Source of the DNA: Chloroflexota bacterium
Lineage (GTDB): Bacteria > Chloroflexota > Limnocylindria > Limnocylindrales > CSP1-4
Assembly (NCBI GenBank): GCA_027364875.1
Contig: DAHXON010000008.1
Coordinates: 2,014-66,013, forward strand
Direction of reading: 5' to 3'
DNA length: 64,000 bases
A model generated the notes under the pieces. That model saw nothing but the letters and a program-made list of their open reading frames with translations. It was not told where the DNA came from and ran no database searches. Position 1 is the stretch's first letter. The number at the start of each line of letters is the position of its first letter. Below are positions 60,959 to 64,000 of this stretch, piece by piece. The position numbers and the translations under genes were made by a program.

Positions 60959-62263
60959 GTGACGACGACCAAGAGCGGCCCCAAGGTTCCATATCGCTGC
61001 AGCTTTTGCGGCAAGAGCCAGGAGCAGGTCCGCAAGCTCATTGCGGGCCAGGGCGTCTATATCTGCGACGAGTGCATCAACCTCTGCCAGGAAATCATCG
61101 AAGAGGAGATGCTCGAGGCGCCGCGGGCCAAGCCCCAGGTTGCGAAGCTGCCGAATCCTCGCGCCATCAAGCTGGCCCTCGATCAGTACGTCATCAGCCA
61201 GGACAAGCCCAAGAAGGTTCTGTCCGTCGCCGTCCACAACCACTACAAGCGAGTGAACGCCGGCCACCAGATCGATGAGGTCGAGCTCCAGAAGTCCAAC
61301 ATCCTCCTGGTCGGGCCCACCGGGTCGGGCAAGACGCTTCTTGCCCAGACGCTGGCCAAGATCCTGGACGTGCCCTTCTGCATCGCCGATGCCACCTCGC
61401 TCACCGAGGCCGGCTACGTCGGCGAAGACGTCGAGAACATCCTTCTGCGCCTCATCCAGTCGGCCGATTTCGACGTCGCGAGGGCGCAGCGCGGCATCAT
61501 CTACATCGACGAAATAGACAAGATCGCCCGCAAGGCGGACAACCCATCGATCACCCGCGACGTGTCCGGCGAGGGCGTCCAGCAGGCACTCCTCAAGATC
61601 CTGGAGGGCACGCTGGCCAACGTGCCGCCACAGGGTGGCCGCAAGCACCCGCACCAGGACTTCATCCAGATAGACACGACGAACATCCTGTTCATCTGCG
61701 GCGGGGCGTTCGACGGGCTGGACAGGATCGTCGAGGAGCGGGTCGGCAAGCGCTCGATGGGCTTCGGAGCCGAGAACCACATGCCCATCATGGACCGCGA
61801 GCGGATCCTGGAGCGGCTCATGCCGGAGGACCTGCTCAAGTACGGGCTCATCCCCGAGTTCGTCGGCCGGCTGCCGGTCGTCGTGACGCTCCAGTCACTT
61901 ACCGCGGACGACCTCGTCCGGGTCCTGACCGAGCCCAAGAACGCGATCACCCGCCAGTTCCAGAAGTTCCTCTCGCTGGACAAGGTGGAGCTCGTCTTCA
62001 CCGAAGCGGCGCTTCGGGCCGCGGCCGAGCTTGCGATCACCCGCAAGACCGGTGCCCGCGCTCTCCGCTCGATCGTCGAGGAATCGCTCCTGGAAGTGAT
62101 GTACGACGTTCCGGACCACACCGAGATCCGGAAATGCATCATCACAGAAGAGACCATCCGCGAAGGCCGTCTGCCGCTCCTGCTCTCCAAGAGCCAGGTG
62201 GACTCGGGCGTGGACGAGACCAACTACGAGAAACTTCTCGCGGAACACGGCCAAAGCGCGTAG
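60959..62263 (+). CDS. clpX: ATP-dependent Clp protease ATP-binding subunit
   Basis: CSFCGK..ICDEC zinc domain, [19 protein letters not shown] loop, MGF loop. Confidence 0.97.
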   Translation: MTTTKSGPKVPYRCSFCGKSQEQVRKLIAGQGVYICDECINLCQEIIEEEMLEAPRAKPQVAKLPNPRAIKLALDQYVISQDKPKKVLSVAVHNHYKRVNAGHQIDEVELQKSNILLVGPTGSGKTLLAQTLAKILDVPFCIADATSLTEAGYVGEDVENILLRLIQSADFDVARAQRGIIYIDEIDKIARKADNPSITRDVSGEGVQQALLKILEGTLANVPPQGGRKHPHQDFIQIDTTNILFICGGAFDGLDRIVEERVGKRSMGFGAENHMPIMDRERILERLMPEDLLKYGLIPEFVGRLPVVVTLQSLTADDLVRVLTEPKNAITRQFQKFLSLDKVELVFTEAALRAAAELAITRKTGARALRSIVEESLLEVMYDVPDHTEIRKCIITEETIREGRLPLLLSKSQVDSGVDETNYEKLLAEHGQSA

Positions 62264-62447
62264 CCACGAGCCGGGGGGTGAGAGGCAAAGGGCGGTGCTT
62301 CGGCCCGCTGAGGGGATCCGCCGTCGGCTAGTACCTCCTGCTCGCCTGGTAGGGATAGGCGGCCACACCGCGACGAGACCGATTGGCCCAGAATGAGGCC
62401 GTGACTCGCTGGCGGCGAGTGAGCTCTGCAGCCGGAGGCGCATCGGA

Positions 62448-63146
62448 ATGACTCTCAAGTGGTCCGACGAGAAGGCTCGACGCGGGGGCCCCGGACCACA
62501 CCGTGAGCTGGATGCGGACAAGCCGCGCAGGCTGAGGGGCAGCGAACGGCCCGGTCACGAGCACGAGAACACGCTGGTGATCGGGATGCTTGTCGCCGTC
62601 GCCGCTCTCGCGGCGCTCGCCTTCGCCTGGTGGGTCGCGCCCTACCAGCCGGGTGGTGGGGACGGACTGACTCCGGAACAGCTCGCAGTGTTCCTGTTCG
62701 CCATTGCCGTGCTGCTGCTCGTGGCTATGGCCCTGTGGCTGTTCTTCGATTTCCGGACGCCGATCCTGATCATGAGCGGCCCGATCGTGGTTGGGCTGGT
62801 CCTGGGCTCGGCGGGTTCGCCTCTGGTGCTCGTGATCCTGCCGGCGGGCCTCTGCTTCGCCTGGGCGGGTCTGGCGGCCCTGGGCAGGCACCCGATCGAT
62901 CGCTGGGTCGCCGTCGTGGTCGCCGTCGTCCTCACGATCGCCTTCGGATCGTTCGGCATCCTCGCGTTCAGCCCGGTCGCGATCGTGGCGGCCCTGGTGC
63001 CGATGCTCCGTTTCGGTCCGGAGGAAGAAGCGGCCGAATCGGACGCCGCCGGAACCGACGCTGCCGAATCCGGCGCTGCCGAGCCCGAGGCCGCCGAATC
63101 CGAAGCTGCCGAGCCCGACGTCCCAGGGGACGATCAGCGAGGCTGA
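62448..63146 (+). CDS. Hypothetical membrane protein with acidic repeat tail
   Basis: Several TM helices; RBS GGAGG; C-terminal pentapeptide repeats. Confidence 0.65.
   Translation: MTLKWSDEKARRGGPGPHRELDADKPRRLRGSERPGHEHENTLVIGMLVAVAALAALAFAWWVAPYQPGGGDGLTPEQLAVFLFAIAVLLLVAMALWLFFDFRTPILIMSGPIVVGLVLGSAGSPLVLVILPAGLCFAWAGLAALGRHPIDRWVAVVVAVVLTIAFGSFGILAFSPVAIVAALVPMLRFGPEEEAAESDAAGTDAAESGAAEPEAAESEAAEPDVPGDDQRG
63030..63119 (+). repeat. Six tandem degenerate 15-bp coding repeats
   Basis: Encodes AAESD AAGTD AAESG AAEPE AAESE AAEPD. Confidence 0.8.
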
Positions 63147-64000
63147 AGGGCCATCTCCAGGACCTCGGCGAGGTGCAGAGGTCGCCTGCCGGTCGATTGA
63201 GATATCTGCTCCCTGCAGCTGAAGCCGCTGGCGATCAGCAGCGCGTCGTCCGCCGCAGAACGGACGGCCGGCAGGAGCGCACGCTCGCCGATCGCCATGG
63301 AGAGCTCGAAATGCTCGCCCCGCTCGAACCCGAACGCGCCGGCCATGCCGCAGCATCCGGGTTCCGGCTGGGCCGGCACGAGGCCGATCGCCCGCAGGAC
63401 CGTCTCGTCGTCGGTCGTTCCGACCAGCGCCTTCTGATGGCAGTGGCCGTGCATGACGGCCGGGACGGAGAGGCGGCCCGAAAGTGGCCCGCGAAACTCG
63501 TCCGGATGGCTCGCCACGAACCTGCCCAGCCCCATGGCCAGCCGGTCGAGCCGCCGGGCTCTCGAGTCGCGGGGCAGAAGCGCCGGCAGCTCGTCGTGGA
63601 AGACCGCCTCGCATGAGGGCTCCAGGACGACCACCGGGACGCCGGCCTCGATCGACGGCCCCAGGTCGTCGAGGACGCGCCTGAGGAGCCGGCGGCCCTG
63701 GCGGAGGAAGCCGCGGTCGTAGAGCGGCCGGCCGCAGCAGAGGTCCGAGCGCGGGACTTCGACCGCGAACCCGGCGGCTCGTAGGACTCGCAGGGCGGCC
63801 AGACCCTGGGACGGCGCGAACGACTCGGTGAACGTGTCCGCGAACAGGACGACGCGCCCCGCGGAGTCGGCGCCGCCGGACGAAGCGGCCACGTCCGGCA
63901 GGCCGGCCACGTCGGGAACGTCCTTCGGCAGCGAGGCCCGGAACGTCCGCTCGGCAAGGCGTGGGAGTTGCCGGCGACCGTCGACACCCGCGACCAGCTT
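63134..64000 (-). CDS. FAD-linked / (Fe-S)-binding oxidoreductase, C-terminal CCG domains (GlcF/YdiJ-like), 5'-truncated by the window edge
   Basis: LFADTF, CCGRP, LEPSC, HGHCHQKA, CCGMAGAFG, GFSCREQI, HLAE. Confidence 0.9.
   Translation of the reverse strand, partial: KLVAGVDGRRQLPRLAERTFRASLPKDVPDVAGLPDVAASSGGADSAGRVVLFADTFTESFAPSQGLAALRVLRAAGFAVEVPRSDLCCGRPLYDRGFLRQGRRLLRRVLDDLGPSIEAGVPVVVLEPSCEAVFHDELPALLPRDSRARRLDRLAMGLGRFVASHPDEFRGPLSGRLSVPAVMHGHCHQKALVGTTDDETVLRAIGLVPAQPEPGCCGMAGAFGFERGEHFELSMAIGERALLPAVRSAADDALLIASGFSCREQISQSTGRRPLHLAEVLEMALQPR

Noticed and set aside
62401-62451. 16-codon leaderless uORF coupled to the membrane protein gene
   Set aside because: The -10 (CAGAAT) is weak and the downstream gene has its own GGAGG; insufficient support

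Overview
High-GC chromosomal window. Gene content and protein style suggest a Chloroflexota bacterium, probably Limnocylindria-like; this taxonomy is inferred. No transposase, integrase, prophage or CRISPR array is evident. Main blocks in order: GNAT/ACT/SDR/ThuA genes; carB with a PyrR-type leader and an in-frame N-terminal HEAT domain; an ECF sigma factor plus a membrane partner carrying a SecD-P1-like domain; an ArsR regulator, small protein and MFS unit with a shared palindromic operator; an M16 peptidase pair (second gene frameshifted), a degenerate PfkB protein and a TPR-rhomboid; a CysRS-C-terminal/GT2 fusion; an OmpR-type two-component system; an ABC-2 exporter, small protein and rsgA operon; a LacI-controlled L-arabinose ABC/araADB operon with two accessory extracytoplasmic components; mgsA, a hybrid kinase and a class II aldolase; a second ECF/anti-sigma pair; a cNMP signalling neighbourhood; cinA; tRNA-Leu(TAG); tig-clpP-clpX; and a partial FAD/Fe-S oxidase. 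The strongest candidate for an undescribed system is a complete ribosome-sensing attenuator at 25036-25264 (minus strand). It has a sigma70 promoter, an unannotated 29-aa leader peptide starting MNCIRLK (R-L-K fits the +X+ macrolide-arrest motif), a 13-bp antiterminator and an intrinsic terminator, and it sits upstream of the ABC exporter/rsgA operon. All calls come from reading the sequence and recalling protein families; no database searches were run.
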